Assembly: GCA_046565985.1 (NCBI GenBank)
Contig: JBKHXN010000044.1
Span: 9,944-73,943 of the forward strand
DNA length: 64,000 nt
From: Gammaproteobacteria bacterium
GTDB lineage: Bacteria > Pseudomonadota > Gammaproteobacteria > Nevskiales > Nevskiaceae
Direction of reading: 5' to 3'
Shown one piece after another: positions 25,972-35,826 of this stretch. The translations under genes and the position numbers were made by a program. Positions within the stretch are counted from its first letter, which is position 1. Each line of letters opens with the position of its first letter. The notes under the pieces were generated by a model. That model did not search any database and had not been told where the DNA came from. It saw only the letters and a list, made by a program, of their open reading frames with translations.

Positions 25972-28119
25972 TCAGTCGGCGGACGGCGCCTGCGCCGCTG
26001 GCCGGGTGGTGTAGTGACGGATGAAGGCCAGGGCATCGGCGGCCTCGTCGATCGCCTTGGACAGCGGCTTGCCCGCCCCGTGGCCGGCCTTGACGTCCAC
26101 CCGGATCAGCACCGGCGCCTCGCCGGCCTGGGCGTGCTGCAGCGCGGCCGTGTACTTGTAGGAATGGCCGGGCACGACCCGGTCGTCGTGATCGGCGGTG
26201 GTCACCAGCACCGCCGGGTAGCGGGTCCCGGGCCTGATGTTGTGATACGGCGAATAGGCCGAGAGATAGCGGAAGCCCTCCGGGTCATCAGAGGAACCGT
26301 AGTCGCCGGTCCAGGCCCAGCCGATGGTGAATTTGTGGAAGCGCAGCATGTCCATCACCCCCACCGCCGGCAGCGCGGCGGCGAACAGCTCGGGGTGCTG
26401 GTTGAGCGTGGCGCCGACCAGCAGGCCGCCGTTGGAGCGGCCGCTGATCGCCAGCTGCGCGGGGCGGGTCCAGCCCTGGGCGATCAGGTATTGCGCGGCG
26501 GCGGCAAAATCGTCGAACACGTTCTGCTTGCGCTCCTTGGTGCCGGCCTCGTGCCACTCGCGGCCGTACTCGCCGCCACCGCGCAGGTTGGCCTGGGCGT
26601 AGACGCCGCCGGCCTCCATCCACACCAGATTGCTCACCGAGAAGCCCGGGGTGAGCGAGATGTCGAATCCGCCATAGCCGTAGAGCAGCGTGGGCGCGGG
26701 GCCCTTGCGGCGCGGTTTTTTCTTGTAGCTGATGAACATCGGCACGCGGGTGCCATCCTTGGAGCGGTAGAACACCTGCTCGGTGACGTAATCCGCCGGA
26801 TTGAAGCGCAGCTTGAGCGGCTGCAGGGGGCTGACCTTGCCGCGGCGCAGGTCCAGCTGGTAGTTGCTGGCGGGCTGATTGAAGGAGGCGTAGCCGAAAT
26901 ACACGGTGTCATCGCCCGGCTTGCCAGAGAAGCCGGTGATGGACCCCAGCCCCGGCAGCTTGACCGCCCTGAGCGCCTTGCCGTCCAGGCTGTAACGCCG
27001 CAGCCGGTGGCTGGCGTCCTTGAGGCTGAGCGTGACCAGCTGGTTGCCGGCGTGCGTCGCGCCGACCAGGGTCTCGTCCGACTGCGGGATCAGCGCCAGC
27101 GGCGTAGCCGGCTCGGCGGCGGCCAGATCCAGTGCGATGACCTGCCCGCGCGGCGCATCCCGCGTGGTCTGCACGAACAGCCGCGGCCCGACGTTGCCCA
27201 CCACCTGGTACTGGGCGCTGAACTCGTCCACCAGCTTGATCACCGGGGCGCTGAAATCCGGCGCCTCGCCCTCGCCCAGCGGCTTGACGTACAGCGCGTT
27301 CTGGCTGCTCGCCCCCTGCCAGACGTGGATGAACAGATAGCGGCCGTCCTCACTGGCCTCCGCGCCAAACCCCCACTTGGGCTGGTCGGGGCGCTCATAG
27401 ACCAGCGCATCGGCACTCTGCGGGGTTCCCAGGCGGTGGTAGTACAGCTTCTGGTTGGCCAGATCGTCGAACACGCCGGGCTGGGCCTTCTTGGGCGGCT
27501 GCGGGTAGCGCGAGTAGAAGAAACCCTGCGCGTCGCGGCTCCAGCTGATGCCCGAGAACTTGATCCGCTCCAGCACCTGCGGCTGGTCACGGCCGCTGGC
27601 GATCTCGCGCACGCGGAACTCGTTCCAGTCGGAACCCGCGGCGGCCAGACCATAGGCCAGCCAGCGGCCGTCGGGCGAGACTTCCCACTGGGTCAGCGCC
27701 ACGGTGCCGTCGGCGGCCAGGGTGTTGGGGTCGAGCAGCACGCGCGGCGCGGCGGCGGCATCTTCCTGCACGTACAGCACCGGCTGGTTCTGCAGGCCGT
27801 CGTTGCGGGTATAGAACAGCTTGCCGGCGATGCGCTGCGGCACACCGTAGCGTTCAAAGTTCCACAGGTCGGTCAGGCGCGCGTGCAGCGCCTCGCGCTC
27901 CGGCAGGGCAGCCAGGAAGGGCTGCGACAGCTGGTTCTGCGCCGCCACCCAGGCGCGGGTCTGCGGGGCATCCACATCCTCCAGCCAGCGGTAGGGATCG
28001 GCGACCTGGCTGCCATGGTAGTTGTCCACGGTCTTGCCCCGCGGCGCGGCGGGGTAATCGAAGCCCTGGGCCATCAAGGGCAGGAGCAGGCTGGCGCAGG
28101 CAAGGGGCAGGTAACGCAT
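25972..28119 (-). CDS. Prolyl oligopeptidase (S9A), with signal peptide
   Basis: DPYRWLE, GRSNGG nucleophile motif, DDRV and AGHG. The ATG at 28119 follows a GGAG SD. Confidence 0.94.
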   Translation of the reverse strand: MRYLPLACASLLLPLMAQGFDYPAAPRGKTVDNYHGSQVADPYRWLEDVDAPQTRAWVAAQNQLSQPFLAALPEREALHARLTDLWNFERYGVPQRIAGKLFYTRNDGLQNQPVLYVQEDAAAAPRVLLDPNTLAADGTVALTQWEVSPDGRWLAYGLAAAGSDWNEFRVREIASGRDQPQVLERIKFSGISWSRDAQGFFYSRYPQPPKKAQPGVFDDLANQKLYYHRLGTPQSADALVYERPDQPKWGFGAEASEDGRYLFIHVWQGASSQNALYVKPLGEGEAPDFSAPVIKLVDEFSAQYQVVGNVGPRLFVQTTRDAPRGQVIALDLAAAEPATPLALIPQSDETLVGATHAGNQLVTLSLKDASHRLRRYSLDGKALRAVKLPGLGSITGFSGKPGDDTVYFGYASFNQPASNYQLDLRRGKVSPLQPLKLRFNPADYVTEQVFYRSKDGTRVPMFISYKKKPRRKGPAPTLLYGYGGFDISLTPGFSVSNLVWMEAGGVYAQANLRGGGEYGREWHEAGTKERKQNVFDDFAAAAQYLIAQGWTRPAQLAISGRSNGGLLVGATLNQHPELFAAALPAVGVMDMLRFHKFTIGWAWTGDYGSSDDPEGFRYLSAYSPYHNIRPGTRYPAVLVTTADHDDRVVPGHSYKYTAALQHAQAGEAPVLIRVDVKAGHGAGKPLSKAIDEAADALAFIRHYTTRPAAQAPSAD

Positions 28120-28216
28120 GGGCACTCCAGACTAGGGGTGAGTGACAGATCGGATGGCTGATTGTCGGCGAGGCGCCGGCGGCGGGACATGGTGGAATAT
28201 ACCCAGTGGACCCGCA

Positions 28217-30010
28217 TCAGCCGTCGCCGGCAGCCGTGGGCTGGAGCAGCTTGTCGCGCTGCTCGCCGAGCTGCTGCAGGGCATGCTCGTAGCCGCGCTG
28301 GCAGACCTCGTCGAGCTTTTTCCAGTCGAACAGCGCGATGCCGCTGACCGGCATGCGCAGATAGACATCCGCGCGCTGGGCGCGCGCCGCCACCTGGGTT
28401 TCGCTGGTGATGGTGGCGGTGCGGAACATGATGTTGAACAGACCCGGGCGCTTGCCCAGCGCCTTCCACTTGAACAGGCCCTCGGGGTCGGGACCCTCGA
28501 TGCCCGGCGCCTGCAGGCCGCCGGCGGTGGAGACGTCCGAGGCCAGGATCGGCCCGCGCTGCAGGCGCTGCATCACGTCGGTGGGCAGGCTGTTGACCAG
28601 CGCGCCGTCCACCAGCAGCTCCCCCTTGTAGACGATCGGCGGCGCCACCCCGGGGACCGCCATGCTGGCCGCCAGCCAGATCGCCAGCGGGCCACGGTCG
28701 TGCACCATCTCGGTGCCGCGGGTGAGGTTGCTGGAAATGCAGAAGAACGGGGTGCGCAGATGCTCGATCTGGCGCTCGCCGAAGATGTCCTTCAGCCGGC
28801 CCACGAACTTGCGCCCGCGCAGCAGCGCCACCGAGGGAAACAGGTAATCGTTGAGGTAGTTGTGCGTGACGAAGGTCTCGCGGGCGATGTGCAGGATCTC
28901 GTGGTGCGAATATCCGGCGCCGACCAGCGCGGCGAAAAATGCGCCCATGCTGCTGCCGCCGGCCACGTCGACCGGGATCTTCAGCTCGGCCATCGCGCGC
29001 AGCAGGCCGATGTGGGCAAAGCCACGGGCGCCGCCGCCGCCCAGCACCAGGCCCACGCCGCGTCCGGTGAGGCTGCGCGCCAGACTGGCCGCGTCGCCGG
29101 CGTGCTGCGGGCGCAGGTAGAAGTGCGCTTCCGCGCCGGTCTGTTCGCGCCAGCTGTCCACTTCGCCAGGGCCTTCACTCTCGGCGCGCAGCAGCAGCAG
29201 CCTGATCGCGGCCCGGCTGCCCGACTGGCGCAGCTCGTCCACCATGGCCGTGGCCAGGGGCCGGGTCTGGACCGGGGCGCAGACCAGTATCTCGTCGGCC
29301 TGACGCATGCAGCGCCGCGCCCAGGCGTCGGCGTCGTCTCCGGCGCAATAGATCAGGTAACGAAACTCGGCTTCCTGGGCATTGAGCCAGGTGACCAGCC
29401 GCTCATTGGCGGCGCCGTCCTCAAAGCGGGCCTGCGCCGCACCCGCCCCCAGCGCGGCGTCCACGGTGGCGATGTCGAGCACGCGCACCGTCCCGTAGCG
29501 TCCCAGCTCCTCGGCCATGTCCTGGGCCAGAGCCTTCAACGACGGGCGGGGCACCAGCGGAATCAGCGCGATGGCGCGCTGGGCGCGCACCGATTCCAGG
29601 CGGCGCACGCCGTGGTGCACCCGCAGGCGCTGGATGATCACGCGCGTGGCGTCGAGCAGGGCCTGCGGATACTGCTGGATCAGTTCGGCCAGTACCTCGC
29701 GCGTGATCTTCAGCAGCAGCGAGTCACGCACTGCAAAGACCGTGGTGGCACGGTGCTCGATGGCCAGCAGATCCACTTCGCCGAAGGCCTCGGCACGGCC
29801 GATGTCGCCCGCCGGCTGGCCGCTGGGAAAGATCGCGCGCAGCCTGCCGGAGCCGACGACATAAACCGCGTCGGCCGCGTCGCCGTGGCGATAGAGGACC
29901 GAGCCACCGCGGATCTCGAACAGCGCCGCCCGCGCCGCGAGGGCGGTGAGGGCTTCCCGCGTGAGCCCGGCGAACAGCCGGGTTTCGGAAAGCACCTCGA
30001 CCGCGTTCAT
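28217..30010 (-). CDS. cNMP-binding domain plus patatin-like phospholipase (NTE-like)
   Basis: N-terminal cNMP domain (YVVGSGRL..FGEVDLL..RATTV); patatin GGGARG, GSSMG and DGA motifs. Confidence 0.9.
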   Translation of the reverse strand: MNAVEVLSETRLFAGLTREALTALAARAALFEIRGGSVLYRHGDAADAVYVVGSGRLRAIFPSGQPAGDIGRAEAFGEVDLLAIEHRATTVFAVRDSLLLKITREVLAELIQQYPQALLDATRVIIQRLRVHHGVRRLESVRAQRAIALIPLVPRPSLKALAQDMAEELGRYGTVRVLDIATVDAALGAGAAQARFEDGAANERLVTWLNAQEAEFRYLIYCAGDDADAWARRCMRQADEILVCAPVQTRPLATAMVDELRQSGSRAAIRLLLLRAESEGPGEVDSWREQTGAEAHFYLRPQHAGDAASLARSLTGRGVGLVLGGGGARGFAHIGLLRAMAELKIPVDVAGGSSMGAFFAALVGAGYSHHEILHIARETFVTHNYLNDYLFPSVALLRGRKFVGRLKDIFGERQIEHLRTPFFCISSNLTRGTEMVHDRGPLAIWLAASMAVPGVAPPIVYKGELLVDGALVNSLPTDVMQRLQRGPILASDVSTAGGLQAPGIEGPDPEGLFKWKALGKRPGLFNIMFRTATITSETQVAARAQRADVYLRMPVSGIALFDWKKLDEVCQRGYEHALQQLGEQRDKLLQPTAAGDG

Positions 30011-30038
30011 GCCGGCCTCATCGGATCGTGGCGGGCGC

Positions 30039-31850
30039 TCAGCGCTGGCCGGCGATCCAGCCGTCCACCACGCGCTCCAGGATACTCAGCGGCATGGAGC
30101 CGTTCTGCAGCACCAGGTTGTGGAACTGGCGGATGTCGAAACGCTCGCCGAGCTGTTCCTGCGCGCGAGTGCGCAGCTCCAGCAGCTTGAGCATGCCGAT
30201 CTTGTACGCGAGCGCCTGGCCGGGGATCACCAGGTAGCGCTCGATCTCGGCGACCACGTCGGTCTGCGGCATGCCGGTCTTTTCCTGCATGTAGGCGATG
30301 GCCTGTTCGCGCGTCCAGCGCTTGGCGTGCAGGCCGGTATCCACCACCAGCCGCACGGAGCGGAACATCTCCGCCTGCAGGCGGCCGAGGTCGTCATAGG
30401 GGTCCTGCAGATAGCCCAGTTCCTTGGCCAGCCGCTCGGCATACAGCGCCCAGCCCTCGACATAGGCGGTCTGGTAGGTCACGCGGCGGAAGGTGGGCAC
30501 GCCGCTGAGCTCCTGGGCGATGGCGATCTGGAAGTGGTGCCCGGGAATCGCCTCGTGATAGGCCAGCGTACGCATGCCGAACTTGGCCACTTCCTTGACG
30601 TTGCGCAGGTTCATGTAAAAGATGCCGGGCCGCGAGCCGTCCAGCGCCGGCGGGTTGTAGTAGGCGCCCGGGGATCCCTGTTCCTTGAAGGGCGGAATGC
30701 GCTCGACTTTCACCCCCATGCGCGGGCGCACGTCGAAGACCGGATCGAGCCCGGCGCTGATGTCGTCGATCAGCGTCTGGAAGTCCGCCAGGATCGCCGC
30801 GCGGCCCTCGTCGGTATCCGGATAGAGGAAGCGCTCGTCCTCGCCCAGCGCGGTCATGCGCTCGCCCACGCTGCCACGGGTGTGGCCCTGGCTGCGCAGC
30901 AGGGCGTCCATCTCCGCCTCCACCCGTGCCACTTCCGCGAGCCCAATGGCGTGCACCTCGTCCGGCGTCAGTTGCGTGGTGGTGTGGTGGCGTACGGCAT
31001 GGCGGTAGTAGGCGTCGCCGTCGGGCAGCTTCCACACGCCGTAATTCTCGGTCACGCGCGGCAGCAGCGCCTCGAAGTAGGCGATCAGCCCCGCGTAGGC
31101 GGGATAGACGGTCTGCGTGATGGCCGCCTCGCCCTGCGCCAGCAGCGCCTGGCGCGCACCGTCGTCGAGCGTTTCGAGCCCTTCCACGCCCTTGCGCAGG
31201 CTGACGTAGAGAATGTTCTCGGTCGCCGGCGTGGCGATGAAGCCGCGCATCTCCGCCAGGACTTTCTCGATGACGAACCGCGGCGGCAGGATGCCGCGCG
31301 ATTCGCGCAGGCGCAGACCTTCCATGAGCTGGTCAAACTTCCAGCCAAAGCGCTCCAGACGGGCGATGTAGTCGCGCGCCTCGTCGGCATCACCAATGGC
31401 GTGTACGGTGGCCATGAACGTCGGCAGGCCGTTCTGCACGCCGAACAGCTGGTTCACCGGGTAGTTGTGGTACTGCCAGGGCTCGCCGTCCACGCTGTCC
31501 ACCAGGGCGGCTTCCATCAGGTCATAGGACAGCTGATCCTCGGCGGAGAGCCGGCTACGCTCATAGCGGCGCAGGGTCTCCAGCGCGGTGCGTGCGTGCT
31601 CGGCCTTTATTTGTTGGTGAGCCGGCGAGATCGGGGTCAGATCGTCACGGTGGAAGGTGATGCCGTACTGCTCCAGCACCCGCAGCTGGGACAGGGCCTC
31701 GGGGTCGTCCATGACCGACTGCACCAGCGTGCGCTCGAAGAACAGGCCCAGCGTGAGCGGCTTGAAATACCAGGTATGCAGGCCCAGCGCGACGGCGCCC
31801 AGCACCGCCAGCAGCAGCACCGAGCCTGTGATCTTGAAGAAGGTTTTCAT
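30039..31850 (-). CDS. DUF885 family protein (predicted metallopeptidase), N-terminally anchored
   Basis: AYHEAIPGHHFQ, YVEGWALYAE and PGQALAYKIG. Confidence 0.92.
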   Translation of the reverse strand: MKTFFKITGSVLLLAVLGAVALGLHTWYFKPLTLGLFFERTLVQSVMDDPEALSQLRVLEQYGITFHRDDLTPISPAHQQIKAEHARTALETLRRYERSRLSAEDQLSYDLMEAALVDSVDGEPWQYHNYPVNQLFGVQNGLPTFMATVHAIGDADEARDYIARLERFGWKFDQLMEGLRLRESRGILPPRFVIEKVLAEMRGFIATPATENILYVSLRKGVEGLETLDDGARQALLAQGEAAITQTVYPAYAGLIAYFEALLPRVTENYGVWKLPDGDAYYRHAVRHHTTTQLTPDEVHAIGLAEVARVEAEMDALLRSQGHTRGSVGERMTALGEDERFLYPDTDEGRAAILADFQTLIDDISAGLDPVFDVRPRMGVKVERIPPFKEQGSPGAYYNPPALDGSRPGIFYMNLRNVKEVAKFGMRTLAYHEAIPGHHFQIAIAQELSGVPTFRRVTYQTAYVEGWALYAERLAKELGYLQDPYDDLGRLQAEMFRSVRLVVDTGLHAKRWTREQAIAYMQEKTGMPQTDVVAEIERYLVIPGQALAYKIGMLKLLELRTRAQEQLGERFDIRQFHNLVLQNGSMPLSILERVVDGWIAGQR

Positions 31851-31952
31851 CTGGATGTTCCGATTGCGTTGAACGGTCCGAGGCTGCGGACAGCCCGGGA
31901 AGAATCGAGTGACGGGTAGAGCCTAGTGTTGCAGACGGGTCTGCGGACTAGC

Positions 31953-31980
31953 AAAAAAGCGGCGCAGTTGCCTGCGCCGC
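31953..31980 (-). terminator. Rho-independent terminator downstream of the M2 peptidase gene and the repeats
   Basis: Minus strand GCGGCGCAG-GCAA-CTGCGCCGC-TTTTTT. Confidence 0.82.
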
Positions 31981-32022
31981 CCAGTCCTCCCTGCCCGCTT
32001 CCCCCATTATTCCGTGTCGCTA

Positions 32023-32220
32023 CCGCCGTGCCTCATTGAACCCCGGGGCGGCCCTCCCTGGCCGCCCGCTCGCGGGAGCGGATGTCCACTGGACATCCTG
32101 CCGCACCGCTTGAATGCACTCCTTCCTCGCCATCCATGGCGCCGCCGCCGTGCCTCATTGAACCCCGGGGCGGCCCTCCCTGGCCGCCCGCTCGCGGGAG
32201 CGGATGTCCACTGGACATCC
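32023..32220. repeat. Two identical 76-bp multi-hairpin (REP-like) direct repeats, 32023-32098 and 32145-32220
   Basis: Exact copies with a 122-bp period. Each contains GGCGGCC-ctccct-GGCCGCC, CCGCTC-gcgg-GAGCGG and GGATGTCCA-c-TGGACATCC. Confidence 0.92.
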
Positions 32221-32222
32221 GC

Positions 32223-34130
32223 TTAGTTCCCGCTCGCCCAGCCGCAGCTCTTGCCCTGGTTCTGGGTCTTCAGGTAAGCGCGCAGCGGAGCGAAGTAGTC
32301 CACCAGCGCGGTGGCGTCCATCTGCCGCTGGCCGGTGATTTTCTCCATCGCCACCGGCCAGGGCTGGCTGGCGCCCAGGGCCAGCATCTCGCGCAGTTTC
32401 TTGCCAGCTTCGGCGTTGCCGTAGATGTCGCACTCGTGCAGCGGGCCCCGGTGGCCGGCGGCCTCGCACAGCGCCTTCTGGAACTGGAACTGCAGGACGA
32501 AAGCGAGGAAGTAGCGCGTATACGGCGTGTTGCCGGGGATGTGGTACTTGGCGCCGGGATCAAAATCGGTCTCGCTGCGCCCCAGCGGCGGCGCCACGCC
32601 CTGGTATTGCGCACGCAGGTCCCACCAGCCCTGGTTGTACTGATCCGGGCCCAGCTCGCCGGAAAACACTTTCCAGCGCCACTGATCCACCAGCTTGCCC
32701 CAGGGCAGGAAGGTGATCTTGTCCAGCGCCAGCTTCATCTGCTGGTTGATGACCGCCTGCTCGTCGGTCTTGACGTCCTTGACCAGCCCGATCTTCTGCA
32801 GGTGCGCCGGGGTGAGCGACAGGGTGATGGTGTCGCCGATCGCCTCGTGGAAGCCGTCGTGCGCGCCGGTCTGGAACATCGGCGGCAGATGGTTGTACAT
32901 CAGGTAGTAGTAGATGTGGCCGAGCTCGTGATGGATGGTGGTGAGCTGATCCTCGTCCGGCTCGATGCACTGCTTGATCCGCACATCTCCCTTGTAATTC
33001 AGGTCCCAGGCGCTGGCGTGGCAGACCACGTCGCGGTCGCGCGGCTGCACCAGCAGGGATTTCTCGTAGAAGCTCTCCGGCAGCTTGGGGAAACCCAGCG
33101 AGGTGTAGAAGTCCTCGCTGAGCTCGGTCATCTTCACCGCCACGGCGCGGTCTGCCTGGTATTCGATCTCGGCCAGCTGGCGCGCGTCGGGCTTGCCGGC
33201 CGCGGCCAGCCGCTCACGGTACTCGGCTTCGCGCAGGGCGCGCAGGCTGCGGCTCACGTCCAGATCGCCGACGCCCTTGTACGGCTCCATCAGCGGGTAG
33301 AGGTTGCCCCACTGCTGCGCCCACATGTTGCCCAGCAGATGCGCCGGGATCAGGCCCTCGCGCGGCACGACCTCGTTGCCGTAGCGGGCATTGAGCCGCT
33401 CGCGCACATGGCAGTGCAGCTCCTCGTAGAGCGGCTCCACCTGGCTCCACAGCCGCTCGACCTCCGCCTCGAACTCGGCAGGGCTCATGTCATAGCCGCC
33501 GCGCCAGACTTCGCCGGTGTTGGCAAAGCCCATCTCGCGGGCGCCGGTGTTCACCAGCTCCACGAAGCGCTGGTAATCGGCACGGATCGGCTTGGCCGTG
33601 GCGTGCCAGCCGGCCCAGGCCTCGGCGATCTGTTCCGGCGTGTAGCGGAACTCGGTGTTGTTGATGATCTTCTCGATCTCCTGCAGCGTCATGCAGGGCT
33701 TGCCTTCCGGGCACCACTTGCCCGAGCCGTAATTGGCCTCCATCTTGGCCATCAGGGTGGCGAGCTCGCCCTGCAGCGCCGGATCCGAAGGTGCCGGGGC
33801 CGAGACATTCTTCAGCAGCATCAGGCTGCGCGCGGTCTCTGGCGCCAGGCCCTGCACGCCGTTGAAGCGCTTGGATTCCTCCACCTTGCGCGCGGAATAC
33901 TCCAGCAGCTCGGCGGTGGCGGTGGAGGACAGCAGCTGGCTGTCATCATTGATGTAGGTCGCGCCGATCCAGAACGCGGCGTTGAGTCGCGCGGCATTGT
34001 CGAGCTGGAACTGGTTGATGCCGGCGATGAAGGCATCGGCTTCCTGCGGCGTGGGTGCGGAGGTTTCAGGCGCCCGCGAACAGGCGGCCAGGCTCAGCGC
34101 GGCGAGCGCCAGGATCAGACGTTTCGGCAT
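32223..34130 (-). CDS. M2 family metallopeptidase (ACE-like peptidyl-dipeptidase A), predicted lipoprotein
   Basis: Lipobox LAAC, HHELGH zinc motif, GFHEAIGD, FDPGAKYHIP and PYTRYF. Confidence 0.94.
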   Translation of the reverse strand: MPKRLILALAALSLAACSRAPETSAPTPQEADAFIAGINQFQLDNAARLNAAFWIGATYINDDSQLLSSTATAELLEYSARKVEESKRFNGVQGLAPETARSLMLLKNVSAPAPSDPALQGELATLMAKMEANYGSGKWCPEGKPCMTLQEIEKIINNTEFRYTPEQIAEAWAGWHATAKPIRADYQRFVELVNTGAREMGFANTGEVWRGGYDMSPAEFEAEVERLWSQVEPLYEELHCHVRERLNARYGNEVVPREGLIPAHLLGNMWAQQWGNLYPLMEPYKGVGDLDVSRSLRALREAEYRERLAAAGKPDARQLAEIEYQADRAVAVKMTELSEDFYTSLGFPKLPESFYEKSLLVQPRDRDVVCHASAWDLNYKGDVRIKQCIEPDEDQLTTIHHELGHIYYYLMYNHLPPMFQTGAHDGFHEAIGDTITLSLTPAHLQKIGLVKDVKTDEQAVINQQMKLALDKITFLPWGKLVDQWRWKVFSGELGPDQYNQGWWDLRAQYQGVAPPLGRSETDFDPGAKYHIPGNTPYTRYFLAFVLQFQFQKALCEAAGHRGPLHECDIYGNAEAGKKLREMLALGASQPWPVAMEKITGQRQMDATALVDYFAPLRAYLKTQNQGKSCGWASGN

Positions 34131-34162
34131 GGTCAGGCTCCGGTCTGGAGAAATGGAAAATT

Positions 34163-35629
<1,467 letters not shown>

Positions 35630-35826
35630 CTTGATCTGAACCCTGTCTGTGGTGCGCGGCGCCGCGCACAATGGGCGGAATCTGCGTGAAGATCGGCGCA
35701 GCGTCAATGCTGCATCGCAATAAGCGGACGTGCGCGGCGACGCCAAGAATGCGGATGGCTTCGAGTACACTCTGCGCCCAATAAATCCAGTGCGCCCGGC
35801 CAGGGTGCCGCTACAGGGATATCTGC

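Noticed and set aside
28217-30010. Patatin as part of a CBASS or Pycsar defence system
   Set aside because: No nucleotide cyclase or ancillary genes are nearby, and the architecture is NTE-like.
32023-32220. Repeat-spacer-repeat as a mini CRISPR array
   Set aside because: The 76-bp repeats are far too long, there are only two copies, and no cas genes are present. It is treated as a REP-like element.
32014-32226. Short ORFs containing PPCLIEPRGGPPWPPARGSGCPLDI twice
   Set aside because: These are translations of the DNA repeat, with no RBS or coding signal.
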